The notes beneath the pieces were generated by a model that was given only the letters and a program-made list of their open reading frames with translations, searched no databases and was not told where the DNA came from. Positions 43,783-57,825 of a stretch of 64,000 bases of DNA are shown here, in pieces (position 1 is the stretch's first letter; each line of letters begins with the position of its first letter). Origin of the DNA: Octopus vulgaris (lineage: Eukaryota); assembly GCA_951406725.2 (NCBI GenBank), contig OX597842.1, positions 14,136,001 to 14,200,000 of the forward strand. Reading direction: 5' to 3'. The translations under genes and the position numbers were made by a program.

Positions 43783-44333
43783 CTGTAACATGAAGAATTG
43801 AAAGTGTAAAGAAGTGTATAAAAATTATGTGAAATTTGGGAGAGAATGAACAAAGAGGAAACGAGTGTAAGAAAGTTTTGAAGGGTGTAGGAGAAACAAA
43901 GAAGAGAAGGAAGAGACAGAAGGAGAGAGGTGTCTGGATGGGGAGGAGATCAGAGGAAGACAAACAACATCAAAATGCAAAACAGAAGCAAAAGGAGTAG
44001 AGAGAGGAAGTCGAATGCCTATAATACAAACGCTAGAAATGGGATGAAATAAGGAAAGAACAAAACGAAGAATATGAGAAGTAAGATCAAAGAGAAGTGA
44101 AAATGACGATGAGGATGATTATGATGATGATGATGATGATGATGGAGATGTTGATAATGATGATGGTGATGATGATAATGATGACAAGAAAGGAAAAAAA
44201 ACGAAGAAAAAGGAGAAAAGAAGAAGAAGAAGAAGAAAAAGAAGAAGAAAAGAAGAAGAAGAAGAAGATAAAATCTAGAAACGAGGAAAAAAGAAATAGA
44301 AACAGAGGCAGAAGAAAATATTATGAGAAAGAA

Positions 44334-44369
<36 letters not shown>

Positions 44370-44980
44370 AAGAAGAAGAAGAAGAAGAAGGAAATATTAG
44401 GTAGAAGGAAAGGAAGAACAAAAAGGAGAATAAGATGAAGCAGAAGAAGAAATATTAGGAAGGAGGATAAAAGCTGTAAAATCTCACACTGGCAAAAACG
44501 CATACACAAAATCAGCCTCGTAAACACACAAACACACAAGGATATGTATGTGTACATACAAAGAGAGAGAGATAGGGGGAGGGAGCAAAGTGAGAGAGAA
44601 CGAGAGATAGAGCTGAGTGAGGGATGCAGAGATCTATGTTCAAATTATGAGGTGCTGATAATAATACTCATAAGAAAGGGAATGTCCAGAGCTGAAGAGA
44701 CACAATTCACAAACACAGAAGAATAAGAAAGATTTCAGTAGAGATTGAGATGCAGAAGGTGGGGAGTGTGGAGAGGAAATTGGTAAATATCATAAATCAA
44801 GGAGGGACTGAAGGGGAATGAGAGGTAAGGGTAGAATAAATAAAGAAGAAGAATACGAGAGAAAGAAAAATCATAGAAAAGAATAGTAGCAGTAGTAGTA
44901 GTGGTGGTTGTGGTGGTGGTTGTAGTTGTGTTGGTTCTGTTAGTGGTGGTGGTGGTGGTAGTAGTAGTAGTTGTAGTAGC

Positions 44981-45042
<62 letters not shown>

Positions 45043-45363
45043 AAGTAGTAGTAGGTTTAGTAGTAACAGCAACATCAGTTGTAGTAGAGGAAGGCAAAGA
45101 TGGAGTCGCAGAATTCGTTGGATTGGTTGAAGAAAACAAACAAAGTTGGATGTAACACAAAATAATAAACATGCCAACACTCAGATTCGAACACACACTG
45201 ACACACATATTTACACACACACACACACACACGCACACAATCAGACGAGAATTGAGAAAACAGATGGGGTATAAGGACGGGGTGCGAATATGAATGGAAA
45301 GATCTTGAATATTTAGGAGTGTATTGTCAATGAAATATTATGAACGTGGCTTATTCAACTTAC

Positions 45364-45435
45364 AGATTGCTTAAACTTGGTAGGTCATGGAAAGCTCTCA
45401 TTTCAATTTTTTTGATATCATTATTTTCCAAATAT
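45364..45435 (-). CDS. LRR exon family C: YLENNDIKKIEMRAFHDLPSLSN(L)
   Basis: 72 bp, intact AG/GT, phase 2-2. Confidence 0.9.
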
Positions 45436-45721
45436 CTGTAATAAAAGAAGTAGAAGGTTAAAAAAAAAGGAAACAACTCAAAATGCAAAAGAGAGCAAAA
45501 GGCGTAGAAGTGAGAAATAAAAAGCAAAAACAGAAATGCTAGAAATAGAATGGAATGAAGTCGCAGCAGAGAACGAAGAATATGAAGACTAAAGTGAAAA
45601 ACTTCAGTAATGGTGAAGAAATTAAAAGGAGAAAGAGTTCAGAATGAAGGGAGTCGGGGGAAGATATTACATATTTAGAAATATATAACGAAATGTTATA
45701 AGAAAGAATGATTCTGCTTAC

Positions 45722-45793
45722 AGATATGTTAGACTGGACAGATTACGGAAGACGCCTTCTTTGATTTCTTTCATATCATTATAACTCAAGTCT
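45722..45793 (-). CDS. LRR exon family D: DLSYNDMKEIKEGVFRNLSSLTY(L)
   Basis: 72 bp, intact AG/GT, phase 2-2. Confidence 0.9.
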
Positions 45794-45998
45794 CTGAAAC
45801 ATAAAACTGAGCTGATGAGCAAATGCATAGGATATATTTGTGACAGAATTTGTCTCAGCAATTCTATGATGAAAGCAAAAGATTTCAGATCACGATGATG
45901 AACAATTCTACGAATTTCGCGTCACTGATGATGATACTAGTGATGAAAATGTTGATGATTACCAATGAAATATTATCATCAAGACGCATTCTACTTAC

Positions 45999-46070
45999 AG
46001 ATTAGTTAATCTGGGAAGCTCATGGAAGGCTCTCCCTTCAATCTCTCCGATTTCATTATTTTGCAAATGT
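45999..46070 (-). CDS. LRR exon family E: HLQNNEIGEIEGRAFHELPRLTN(L)
   Basis: 72 bp, intact AG/GT, phase 2-2. Confidence 0.9.
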
Positions 46071-47643
46071 CTGTAACATGAAGAATTGAAAGTATAAAAC
46101 AAGTGTAGAAAAATTATGTGAAATTTGGGAGAGAATGAATAAAGAGGAAACGAGTGGGAGAAAGTTTTGAAGGGTGTAGGAGAATAAAAAGAAGAGAAGG
46201 AAGAGACAGAAGGAACGAGGTGTCTGGATGGGGAGGAGATCAGAGGAAGATAAGCAACATCAAAATGCAAAACAGAAGCAAAATGAGTAGAGAGAGGAAG
46301 TCGAATACCTATAATACAAACGCTAGAAATGGGATGAAATAAGGAAGGAACTGAATGAAGAATATGCAACAAATCTATGTTCAAATTATGAAGTGCTTCC
46401 AATACTTCATTTTAAGACCTCTCACTCCTCCTTCGAAAGATGTGTTATCATGTATATCAATCTGTGACTGTGGGCCCATTTCCTTGATATGGTACATAGA
46501 ACAGAGCGATACTTGCGGGGAAGAATATTGTGAATAGGATAACATTTACATCGTACTACTGAGGGCACAAGGAGATGGTTAAGCAAGATTACAAATCATG
46601 CTCAGACGAACAAGTGAGATTTTTATTGTGACAATTATCTTCGTTAAAGCATGAACATTACCGTAATTTCATATTACCCAAAAAGGCATATGAGATTTGT
46701 TCTAAAGAAACAATAGATTTACTCTCGAACATATTAAAGCTCCCCTATTTAACACTTGTATGGAATGTTGGAATATAACGAAAAAAAAAGAATGAATATT
46801 TTTTGACATACGGAGGAACAGTCAACATGACGTGTGAAAGTTTTACAATTGCACCTGAGAGGAAAAGCAGTGGAGAAGGATATAGGGTTGGAGTCTTGAT
46901 GACGAAGAAATTACGATGAGGAGTAGCAGGAGGAGAAGGGGAGGAGAGTGGAAAAGAAGAAGGCGAAAAAGAAGGAAAAGAAGGAAAAGGGGGAAGGAAA
47001 ACAAGACAAAGAAAAGGAAAGTAGAAAAAGAAGTAAAATAAAAGGAGAAGGGAATACAAAGAAGGAGAAAAAGAAAAGAAGGAAGAGAAGAAAAGAAGAA
47101 CGGCAGAATACAAAGGGGAAGAATGGAAGAAGAAAAAGAATTAGAAGAAGAAGAAGAGGAAGAAGAAGAAGAAGAAAAAGAAGAAGAAGAAGAAGAAGAA
47201 GAGTAGATGATTGTAATTAGTGGCGATGTCGACGAAAGCACCGTACATGATATACACGCCGATATATTCATACATTTCGATACACTCCCTTCCACACATC
47301 CATACACATTCACACAGACATATATGTATGCAAAAATAAGTAGTAGTAGTAGTAACAGAAACATCAGTTGTAGTAGAGAAAGGCAAAGATGGAGTCGCAG
47401 AAATCGTTGGATTGGTTAAAGAGAACAAACAAGGTTGGATGTAACACAAAATAATATACATGCCAACACTCAGATTCGAACACACACTGACACACGTATT
47501 TACACACACACACACACACAATCAGACGAGAATTGAGAAAACAGATGGGGTATAAGGACATGGTGAAAATATGAATGGAAAGTTCTTGAATATTTGGAGT
47601 GTATTGTCAATGAAATATTATGAACGTGGCTTATTCAACTTAC

Positions 47644-47715
47644 AGATCTCTTAAACTTGGTAGGTCATGGAAAGCTCTTATTTCAATTTCTTCGATATCA
47701 TTATTTTGCAAATAT
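47644..47715 (-). CDS. LRR exon family C: YLQNNDIEEIEIRAFHDLPSLRD(L)
   Basis: 72 bp, intact AG/GT, phase 2-2. Confidence 0.9.
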
Positions 47716-47995
47716 CTGTTAAAAAAGAAGCAGAAGATTAAAAAGGAAGGAAAAACTCAAAATGCAAAAGAGAGCAAAACTCGTAGAAGTGAGAAGTAAA
47801 AAGCAAAAACGGAAATGCTAGAAGTAGAATGGAAGGAAGTCGCAGCAGAGAACGAAGAATATGAAGACTAAAGTGAAAAACTTCAGTAATGGTGAAGAAA
47901 TTAAGAGTAGAAAGAGTTCAGAATGAAGGGTGGGAAGATATTACATATTTAGAGATATGTAACGAAATGTTATAAGAAAGAATGATTCTGCTTAC

Positions 47996-48067
47996 AGAGA
48001 TGTTAGACTGTACAGATTACTGAAGACGCCTTCTTTGATTTCTTTCATATGATTATCGCTCAAGTAT
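47996..48067 (-). CDS. LRR exon family D: YLSDNHMKEIKEGVFSNLYSLTS(L)
   Basis: 72 bp, intact AG/GT, phase 2-2. Confidence 0.9.
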
Positions 48068-48272
48068 CTGAAACATAAAACTGAGTTGATGAGCAAATGT
48101 ATAGGATATATTTGTGACAGAATTTGTCTGAGGAATTAGATGATGAAAGCAAAAGATTTCAGATCACGATGATGAACAATTCTACGAATTTCGTGTCACT
48201 GATGATGATACTAGTGATGAAAATGTTGATGATTACCAATGAAATATTATCATAAAGACGCATTCTACTTAC

Positions 48273-48280
48273 AGATTTGT
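48273..48280 (-). pseudogene. Truncated family E exon stub with orphan donor
   Basis: Same lesion as 13584-13591. Confidence 0.7.
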
Positions 48281-49589
48281 ACAAGGGTTCTGCAGGAGGA
48301 GGAGGTTTTAAAGGAGATGTTAAACAACGACATCAAAATGCAAAAATGTAACAGAAGGATTAGACAGAGTATGGCGAATACGTGTTTTACAAGAGCTAGA
48401 AAAGTGATGAAATATGGAAAAAACAAAACGAAGAATATGCGAAGTAAGATCAAAAAGAAGTGAAAATGACGATGTGGATGATGAGGAGGATGATAAGAAA
48501 GATGTTGTAGAAGAAGAAGGGGAAGAACAAGGAGAAGGAAAAGGAGAAGAGTAGAAGAAGAAGAAAAAGGGGGAGGAGCGGAGGAGAGTTGAAGAAGAAG
48601 AAGAAATAAATGAAAAACAACAATGACAATAACAACAATAACAAATAAAAGGGTAATTTTAAACGAATCCGATAAGTGGCCATTTATTTTGACCACCGAC
48701 AGATGTCGCTCTACATTCCAAGGTTCCAGCCTCTGAAAACAGAAACGAAACACGCTGCTGCGAGAAATGCCTCCATGTTTTTGTGCTCGACTCTGTCAAA
48801 AGCTTTCGACTGATCCAAATTGATTAGGGCCCCACCCATATCAAGTTCATTACTCAACCCCTATATGGTGTATTGCGTGATACAGAAATCCAATGACAGG
48901 TTCATGGTGTTTCCTATTACAACATGGACCTAAGCGTAAACCAAGAATCGGTACCAAACTGGTGTATGCAATTACCTTCTAAAGAACTGTTTTGGAGAGT
49001 TCGAAAAAAAGTACATTGTACTCCACGGCAAATAATAAAAATAATAATAATCATAATAATAATAATCCATGCTATAATGTTGAAAGCTTTTTATTAATTA
49101 TGTATGTGACAATTACTAAAAGTACTAAAAGAAAGCAATTAATAAAGGATGACCGTTGGAAATATTTTTAGAAACTTATGTTATAAGAAATGAAATATAA
49201 TTTCGATTTCTCAAGTTCATTCAATTTTTTTAATCAAATTTCTCGCAAATTTTAATATTCATTTCATTCATAGCGTTTAATTCTTTACAAATTTATGTAT
49301 TCATTGCCGTCATTGTGGTGTATTCCATTTTCACTTGCAAACTTTTTCACGTCCTCTTTAAAGTTTTAATTTGCTATTTGGAAAACCAACAGATTATTCT
49401 ATCAATGTATATCTAAAATGAAATCATTACTTATTGAAGGATCATTTTATAAAATACCCGTATAATGTTTGAACGCTGGATATCTGTGAGAAGAGCCTAG
49501 AAAGTTGGGTAATAACATTTAGAGGAGGAGGAGGAGAAAACATACGCTACCTACAAGTACTCGAAGCTGGCATCCTATTCAGAGTTTCC

Positions 49590-52220
49590 AAATGTTAGTT
49601 GCACGAGCGAAATAAACAGTGACATTCACATCTGTCTTCAGCCCTTTCAACCTGGTCAACCATACAACGTCTTTCAATAAATATACCAGGCAAAGAAAAA
49701 TACCCTGCTATTTCGGTGCGAAGAAAGGCAGCGAAACTATCCTCACAATGGACTGAGTCGATATCTGGATTCGTCTTCCACGTGACAGCAGATATTCGAC
49801 ATAAACCCACAATTCAGAAAAACTAGGGCACTAAAAGAAAGTGAGAAGAAGTTTCGTCGCTCTCTGCGTATCTTGGGCATGCTGGGATGAATGTTCTTCT
49901 GTTTCTAGAATTTACCTCGAACGAGCAGTGCCCCACGGTATCATTTCCAGCCCAAGGATTTCTAGAAATTATGTATAGTCCTTGGCCCGAAAGTTGTCCG
50001 GAACAGACCAGCCAACACGTTCTTGTCGACGCCAAGTGACTCCATGAGAACATCGTCGTACTTACCCGCCATTAACCCTCTATAGGACGCCATAACGGAA
50101 TTTCCACGACCGCATTGCCTGACTGACACAGGAGTGTGGGCGCATGACGACACTCTAGGTGGCCGTCTCCCTTCCTCGGTCTAAGTTTGATCAGTGAAAA
50201 GGAAAAGCAGTGAGAAAACGCTTCTGACAAACGGCGACAACACTTGCTCACCTTCTATGAATCGCTGGAGTTGCTGCAATCTAGCGGGTGTTGACAGCAA
50301 ATGGAGCTCCTGACCAGCGGATCACATTCCTTCCACAGAAAGCGGAACACTAGGCGCTGAAGATTGGTCAGTCTTGAGCCGGTAGTAGATGACGAATTCG
50401 ATGGATGCATTTGCAAACTCCACCCGACCTTTCAGGGATAGCCTTCTCGCTCTCTCGTCCAATTTCTTCATCTGGATTTCAGGACCGAGCCAGGCGCCGA
50501 TCAATTTAACAGGTTATTCCGTCCAGCGTCCCACAACGCTGTTGGAAGTCATAGATCTGTCTCTCCCAGCGCCGAGTTGCAGGCCCACTAACTTCAAGCT
50601 AATTGTTGCTCATGTCACATCATCGAGTTCTTTTAGAAAGGTGTCAACCAGGTCCGAATGTTTGGCGTTGAACCTATGGCGGTGAAGTAGTTTGCATATG
50701 CCGACACGGTTCTTCCATGTCTCAGTTTGGGCGGGATACCTCTCACCACCTCTAATTTTCGCTCTAATAGCGTTAGACTGATCATCTCCTGATGTTGAAT
50801 GTTTCCAAAATGTAATGATTCACCCAATCTACGACGAGATACCACGGTACATTGCTGCGATCCTAACAAATGCTTTAGGCTGATCTAAACTGATCAACGT
50901 CCCACTCATGCCAGCTTCATTAACAACACTGTCTATGATATGTCTCATGAGGTGGATGTTGTTGTGGATGGATCTGATTGGGATTGCGCAAGTACCTTTG
51001 CCCAAAATTTTGAAGTCCGCGTTCAGCAGAGTTACCGGCCGAAAAGTTTCTATTCGATCCCTCTTCTTAGAGTTCTTTCTTGGCGGTTCTCCAATTCCTC
51101 GGCTCATAGAACTCGGCTTTCTCCCATTCTGCTGTCAGTGGCGGTAGAAGTCTGCTAAGAAGTCGCCAAACAAATCTGGCATATAATAGTAAAGCCCAAT
51201 ACGCAGACTATCCAAATCAAGCGATTTGCCTGCCATGCAGCCCATTATCACATCCCGGTGTGACGCATTCAGATTCCAGTAACCGGATCCCTGCTGATTG
51301 AATCCGGCACACATCCGCTTGGGCTCGAGTATCGTTCGGTCACCTGGCTCTACCAAAGACTGAATTGTGGATCTGTTTCTGCGTTGAGCCTCTGTAAGTC
51401 GTTCCCATTGAGCGGCTTTAATTCCCTTTTTTCTTAGAAGATAGCCTTCGCTCTGAGAATGTACCCTTCGTGCTGAGGGTTGAACAATTCGTCGAGGACC
51501 GAACTCGCTGGCTACATGTCGGTTGTAATGCCACTCTTAAGCCCCGCTTCTAAGTCCCTAATTTGCTTTTTCTATTTCATTTTTTGTATCGCTAGTCCCT
51601 TCCTAAACCTAACTGATTCTATTCCAATTGCCATTTTAGGGCTTAACACCATTTATCGTTATATATTGACCCTGTTAGTACACACTTATCTAATTTAGTA
51701 ATGTGGTCTCTGTCAGCTGAGCACACCAGGAGTGAGGCGTCCAGATTGCAGTAACTGGATCCCTGCCCAGATCACAAATGTGTGGTATGTGTAGGTGACG
51801 ATTTTGAAAATTAGTCAACTTATACTATTTCTGTCCAATGGCCTACTGGAATTGTATCTAAATACGCCCTGGATGACCCACTGCGGTTAGCCCAAGTCCA
51901 TACTGGTGCGTTCTGGAAATCCAGCCGGTACTTGTCAGACAGTTGAAAACTTCTGACCTATTTTGCGAGACTTTTGCACCCACCTACTCTATCCGCTAGC
52001 TCTAAACGGTCCAAACGTGGCTGTAAGACAGTGTTCCAGTTGCCCATAAGCTCTAAAGGACGAAACGTTCTGAGAAAACAACTTCCAGGAGTTTCAAGTA
52101 GTCCGGCTGCCTTGTTCCCGTAGGAGGATAGACAGCCACCAGCGTGAAGCCACCCCTGTCACTCCTCATCACATCCTGGACGACTAACTTTCCGCCTCCC
52201 ATTCCCTTCTAACACGGAAA
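49590..52220 (-). mobile_element. Decayed L1/Tx1-like element, copy 3 (most complete)
   Basis: KKRDRIETFRPVTLLNADFKIL..CAIPIRSIHNNIHLMR..LISLDQPKAF and the post-RT motif LSLKGRVEFANA. Confidence 0.8.
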
Positions 52221-53225
52221 TAAATAGAAGCAAATAATGTTGTTGCTTTAATAATTTTTCTCTCCTCTGTTTGACACGGAAATGGTGGCAGTGTCCAACT
52301 TTTCTAGTGTTTCACGTTTTCTCTTCACTTTCCTTCTTATTGTTGTTACTCTAGCTGGTCCTCCTGACGATAGTATTGGTAGCGGTCTTAGTGTTCTCCT
52401 CCGCCTTCATGTTTCCATCGTTGTTCATTGTGTTGATGCTGTTGTTGTTGTTGTTGTTGTTGTTGGTGGTGGTGGTGTTGCTGCTGCTATTCTTCCTCTC
52501 ATTCTCAACCATATTTGGTAGTGGAGGGAAAGACATTTCTGATGGTATAAACTCCGTGAGCAGAGTAGCGTCAATAATTGACATTGAAAAGAAATGGAAA
52601 ACTTAAATATGAATGGAAATTCGAAAACGTTAGGAAGAATGGTATTGAAGAACTGAAGCAGCCCATAAATGCAAAATAAGCAAAGTTTTGAATAGGTTTG
52701 AATAATGGATTAAGCAATACCAGCCAAACAAATTATTTAGAAGTGACCAAAAAAAGATTTTGACCTGAGAATAATGACGATAAAAAACGTACGAGATTAG
52801 TCCCTGATGCTGATAAAATTCGACTTTTCTGGGATAAGGTATGGTGTAAGCATGAATAGCATAATACTACAGCTGAATGACTCTGCAACCTGAAGTAAAC
52901 AGCTTATCCACAGCAAGAGGCCACTCACTTCATAGAAGACAGTATTAGAAATATGAGTAAAAATATATGCAATAGGAAAGCATCAAGGCCTGATGGTGTA
53001 CAGGGATTTTAGATACAATAGTTCAGTAGTTGCCGTAAATTGAACGGAGAGCAATTAAATGCATTGATTAATGGAAAAGAATAAATCCCAGGCTGGCTAA
53101 GAAGAAGAAGAAGAACGGTGTTGGCCTGAAGGATGCATCAAAGGGAAATGCAGACGAATTTCCTGCCTCCCGTTAATGTGGAAGTTACTGTCAGAATGAA
53201 TTGCAGAAGCGCTGTATATTAATAA

Positions 53226-53307
<82 letters not shown>

Positions 53308-53328
53308 TTAATAATAATACTGATAATG

Positions 53329-53394
<66 letters not shown>

Positions 53395-53445
53395 TTAATA
53401 ATAATAATAATGATAATAATTATATTAATAATAATACTGATAATG

Positions 53446-53515
<70 letters not shown>

Positions 53516-54191
53516 TAATAATAATAATAATTATAACGATAAGAAGAAGAAGAAGAAAAAGAAGAAGAAAAAGAAGAAGAAGAAGCAGAAGAAGAAGAAG
53601 AAGAAGAAGAAGAAGAAGAAGCAGAAGAGGAAGAAGAAGAAGAAGCAGAAGAAGAAGAAGAAGAAGAAGAAGAAGAAGAAGAAGAAGAAGAAGAAGAAGA
53701 AGAAGAAGAAGAAGAAGAAGAAGAGATTGTGGCCGGAAGAAAATTTAGAAGAAATATTGAAAGAATCATGAAGATTGTGGTCAGGATAACGATGAACTAA
53801 ATGAAGATAGAATTAATGATAATGCTTTGGACGACGATTTAAAATTGAAGGGAACAGAAGAAGGAGACGAAGAAGTACAAGGAAGAAGAGCAACAATTAA
53901 AGGACATGTTTAAAAACGATCGTATAAAATATGCAGCTCTAAATACACAATTAGAACGGTGAATCAAGAAAGTTATTTACCTTCCATCTAAAGGTAACTG
54001 CCGTACATATTATACACATATATTAATACACTTGCATATATTTGTGCATAGACCAAGACACGTGCATGCTGTAGATGATTCCCCTCTATTATCAACCTCC
54101 CATATATCCCCTTTCAAAAAATGTCCTCAAACTCACATTCACATCCATTTAAGTATAAGAGATGGATATTGGCAATGTCCTGTACTTGAAT

Positions 54192-54269
<78 letters not shown>

Positions 54270-54276
54270 TACTTAC

Positions 54277-54348
54277 AGAGTTCTTAAAGAGGACAGATTA
54301 CGGAAGACATCTGCTTTGATTTCCTTCATATCATTAGAACGCAAGTCT
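54277..54348 (-). CDS. LRR exon family F: DLRSNDMKEIKADVFRNLSSLRT(L)
   Basis: 72 bp, intact AG/GT, phase 2-2. Confidence 0.9.
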
Positions 54349-55547
54349 CTGAAACATAAAATTGAGTTAATAAGCAATTGTATAGAACATATTTGTGACA
54401 GAATATCTCTGGTCAATTAAATGATGAAAACTTAAGATTGAAGATCGCGATGATGATTAATTCCATTAATTTCATGTCACCGTTGCGATGATGATGTTGA
54501 TGACGAAGATGAGGACGATACTGATGCTGAGGTGGATGAGGTGTATTGGAAGTATAATGAAGGAGTTTAGCATGTCTAAGGTGATTCTGAATATGATAGT
54601 CATGATGATGGTAATCGAAGATGCTGATCATGATGAGGACAATGATGAACTTGACGATGTTTATGACCGATAAATGTAACAAGGAACATGAGACGGATTC
54701 AATCATGAGGTAATGGACGAGAACGTCGACAATTTCCTCGGAGGTTATGGTTGAGAATTGCATTGTATGCGTTTTAGACGGATACAAATTGATAAGTAAG
54801 AGAAGATATATGAAGAAGTCAGGAGAAAAAGTTAGTGAAAGTAAAGAAAAAGATGACAAGATGACGACAAAAAAGTAGGGGAAGAAGAAGAAGTAGGACA
54901 AAATGAAGGAGGAGGAGAAGAAGAAGAAGAAGAAGAAGAAGAAGAAGAAGAAAGAAGAAGAAGAAGAAGAAGAAGACTTGTGGAAAACGAACAAAAGAAA
55001 ATACATAACAAAATCGATGTACAAGTAGAAAAGGAAGAGATGAGCGGAGAAAAAGTAGTTCTTGATGATGATGATGATGATGATGATGAAGTACGTAATG
55101 TCCCTTGGTTACAATGATGAGGTTTGAAATGGGGAAAGTTGAAGTTAACATAATTGTTGCCGAAATTTTCGAAGGAAAATATTTAGCACAAGAAGAAGTA
55201 AAGGGTGAATGAAAGAAGATAAAAGCAAAAATAAGGTGTGTATGTATGATGAAGGCAACGAGGAAGGAGAAGTATTGCAAGTAGTTGTAGTAGTAGTAAA
55301 AGAAGAAGAGCCGGATTGGAAAAAAGTTCAAGCTAGGTACTTTGGAACATTTAATGCCAACACATATTCAGATTCACGGACTCACAGATACACACATTTA
55401 CATACACAAACAATCAGACCTTTCCATCTAAGGAGAGTGAGAATATTGGGATGGAGGACGACGTTGAGCGAAAAAGAATGGGAAGATTTTGAATATTTCG
55501 TAGTAAATCATTAATGAAATATTATCAGCAAGAGTCATTCTACTTAA

Positions 55548-55619
55548 AGATATGTTAATATGGGCAGGTCATGGAAGGCTCTTACTTCAATCTCACTGAT
55601 TTCATTATTTTGCAAATAT
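55548..55619 (-). pseudogene. LRR pseudo-exon family E; donor GT>TT
   Basis: Same sequence as 20820-20891. Confidence 0.8.
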
Positions 55620-57190
55620 CTAACATGAAGAATTGAAAGTATAAAACAAGTGTATAAAAATAATGTGAACATTTGGAGAGAATGAATAAAGAGGAAACGA
55701 GTGGGAGAAAGTTTTCCAGGGAGAAGGAGAATAAAAAGAAGAGAAGGAAGAGATAGAAGGAAAGAGGTGTCTGGATGGGAAGGAGTTCAGAGGAAGACAA
55801 ACAGCATCAAAATGCAAAACAGAAGCAAAAGGAGTAGAGAGAGGAAGTCGAATACCTATAATACAAACGCTAGAAATGGGATGAAATAAGGAAAGAACAG
55901 AATGAAGAATATGCAACAAATCTATGTTCAAATTATGAAGTGCTTCCAATACTTCATTTTAAGACCTCTCACCCCTCTTCCCAAAGATGTGTTATCATGT
56001 ATATCAATCTGTGACTGTGGGGCCATTTCCTTGATATGGTACATAGAACAGAGCGATACTTGCGGGGAAGAATATTGTGAATAGGATAACATTTACATCG
56101 TACTACTGAGGGCACAAGGAGATGGTTAAGCAAGATTACAAATCATGCTCAGACGAACAAGTGAGATTTTTATTGTGACAATTATCTTCGTTAAAGCATG
56201 AACATTACCGTAATTTCATATTACCCAAAAAGGCATATGAGATTTGTTCTAAAGAAACAATAGATTTACTCTCGAACATATTAAAGCTCCCCTATTTAAC
56301 ACTTGTATGGAATGTTGGAATATAACGAAAAAAAAAGAATGAATATTTTTTGACATACGGAGGAACAGTCAACATGACTTGTGAAAGTTTTACAATTGCA
56401 CCTGAGAGGAAAAGCAGTGGAGAAGGATATAGGGTTGGAGTCTTGATGACGAAGAAATTACGATGAGGAGTAGCAGGAGGAGAAGGGGAGGAGAGTGGAA
56501 AAGAAGAAGGCGAAAAAGAAGGAAAAGAAGGAAAAGGGGGAAGGAAAACAAGACAAAGAAAAGGAAAGTAGAAAAAGAAGTAAAATAAAAGGAGAAGGGA
56601 ATACAAAGAAGGAGAAAAAGAAAAGAAGGAAGAGAAGAAAAGAAGAACGGCAGAATACAAAGGGGAAGAATGGAAGAAGAAAAAGAATTAGAAGAAGAAG
56701 AAGAGGAAGAAGAAGAAGAAGAAAAAGAAGAAGAAGAAGAAGAAGAAGAGTAGATGATAGTAATTAGTGGCGATGTCGACGAAAGCACCGTACATGATAT
56801 ACACGCCGATATATTCATACATTTCGATACACTCCCTTCCACACATCCATACACATTCACACAGACATATATGTATGCAAAAATAAGTAGTAGTAGTAGT
56901 AACAGAAACATCAGTTGTAGTAGAGAAAGGCAAAGATGGAGTCGCAGAAATCGTTGGATTGGTTAAAGAGAACAAACAAGGTTGGATGTAACACAAAATA
57001 ATATACATGCCAACACTCAGATTCGAACACACACTGACACACGTATTTACACACACACACACACACAATCAGACGAGAATTGAGAAAACAGATGGGGTAT
57101 AAGGACATGGTGAGAATATGAATGGAAAGTTCTTGAATATTTGGAGTGTATTGTCAATGAAATATTATGAACGTGGCTTATTCAACTTAC

Positions 57191-57262
57191 AGATCTCTTA
57201 AACTTGGTAGGCCATGGAAAGCTCTTATTTCAATTTCTTCGATATCATTATTTTCTAAATAT
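57191..57262 (-). CDS. LRR exon family C: YLENNDIEEIEIRAFHGLPSLRD(L)
   Basis: 72 bp, intact AG/GT, phase 2-2. Confidence 0.9.
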
Positions 57263-57541
57263 CTGTTAAAAAAGAAGCAGAAGATTAAAAAGGAAGGAAA
57301 ACTCAAAATGCAAAAGAGAGCCAAACTCGTAGAAGTGAGAAGTAAAAAGCAAAAACGGAAATGCTAGAAGTAGAATGGAAGGAAGTCGCAGCAGAGAACG
57401 AAGAATAAGAAGACTAAAGTGAAAAACTTCAGTAATGGTGAAGAAATTAAGAGTAGAAAGAGTTCAGAATGAAGGGTGGGAAGATATTACATATTTAGAG
57501 ATATGTAACGAAATGTTATAAGAAAGAATGATTCTGCTTAC

Positions 57542-57613
57542 AGAGATGTTAGACTGTACAGATTACTGAAGACGCCTTCTTTGATTTCTTTCATATGATT
57601 ATCGCTCAAGTAT
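57542..57613 (-). CDS. LRR exon family D: YLSDNHMKEIKEGVFSNLYSLTS(L); most 5' intact LRR exon in the window
   Basis: 72 bp, intact AG/GT, phase 2-2. Confidence 0.9.
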
Positions 57614-57817
57614 CTGAAACATAAAACTGAGTTGATGAGCAAATTATAGGATATATTTGTGACAGAATTTGTCTGAGGAATTAGATGATGAAAGCAAAAG
57701 ATTTCAGATCACGATGATGAACAATTCTACGAATTTCGTGTCACTGATGATGATACTAGTGATGAAAATGTTGATGATTACCAATGAAATATTATCATAA
57801 AGACGCATTCTACTTAC

Positions 57818-57825
57818 AGATTTGT
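57818..57825 (-). pseudogene. Truncated family E exon stub with orphan donor
   Basis: Same lesion as 13584-13591. Confidence 0.7.
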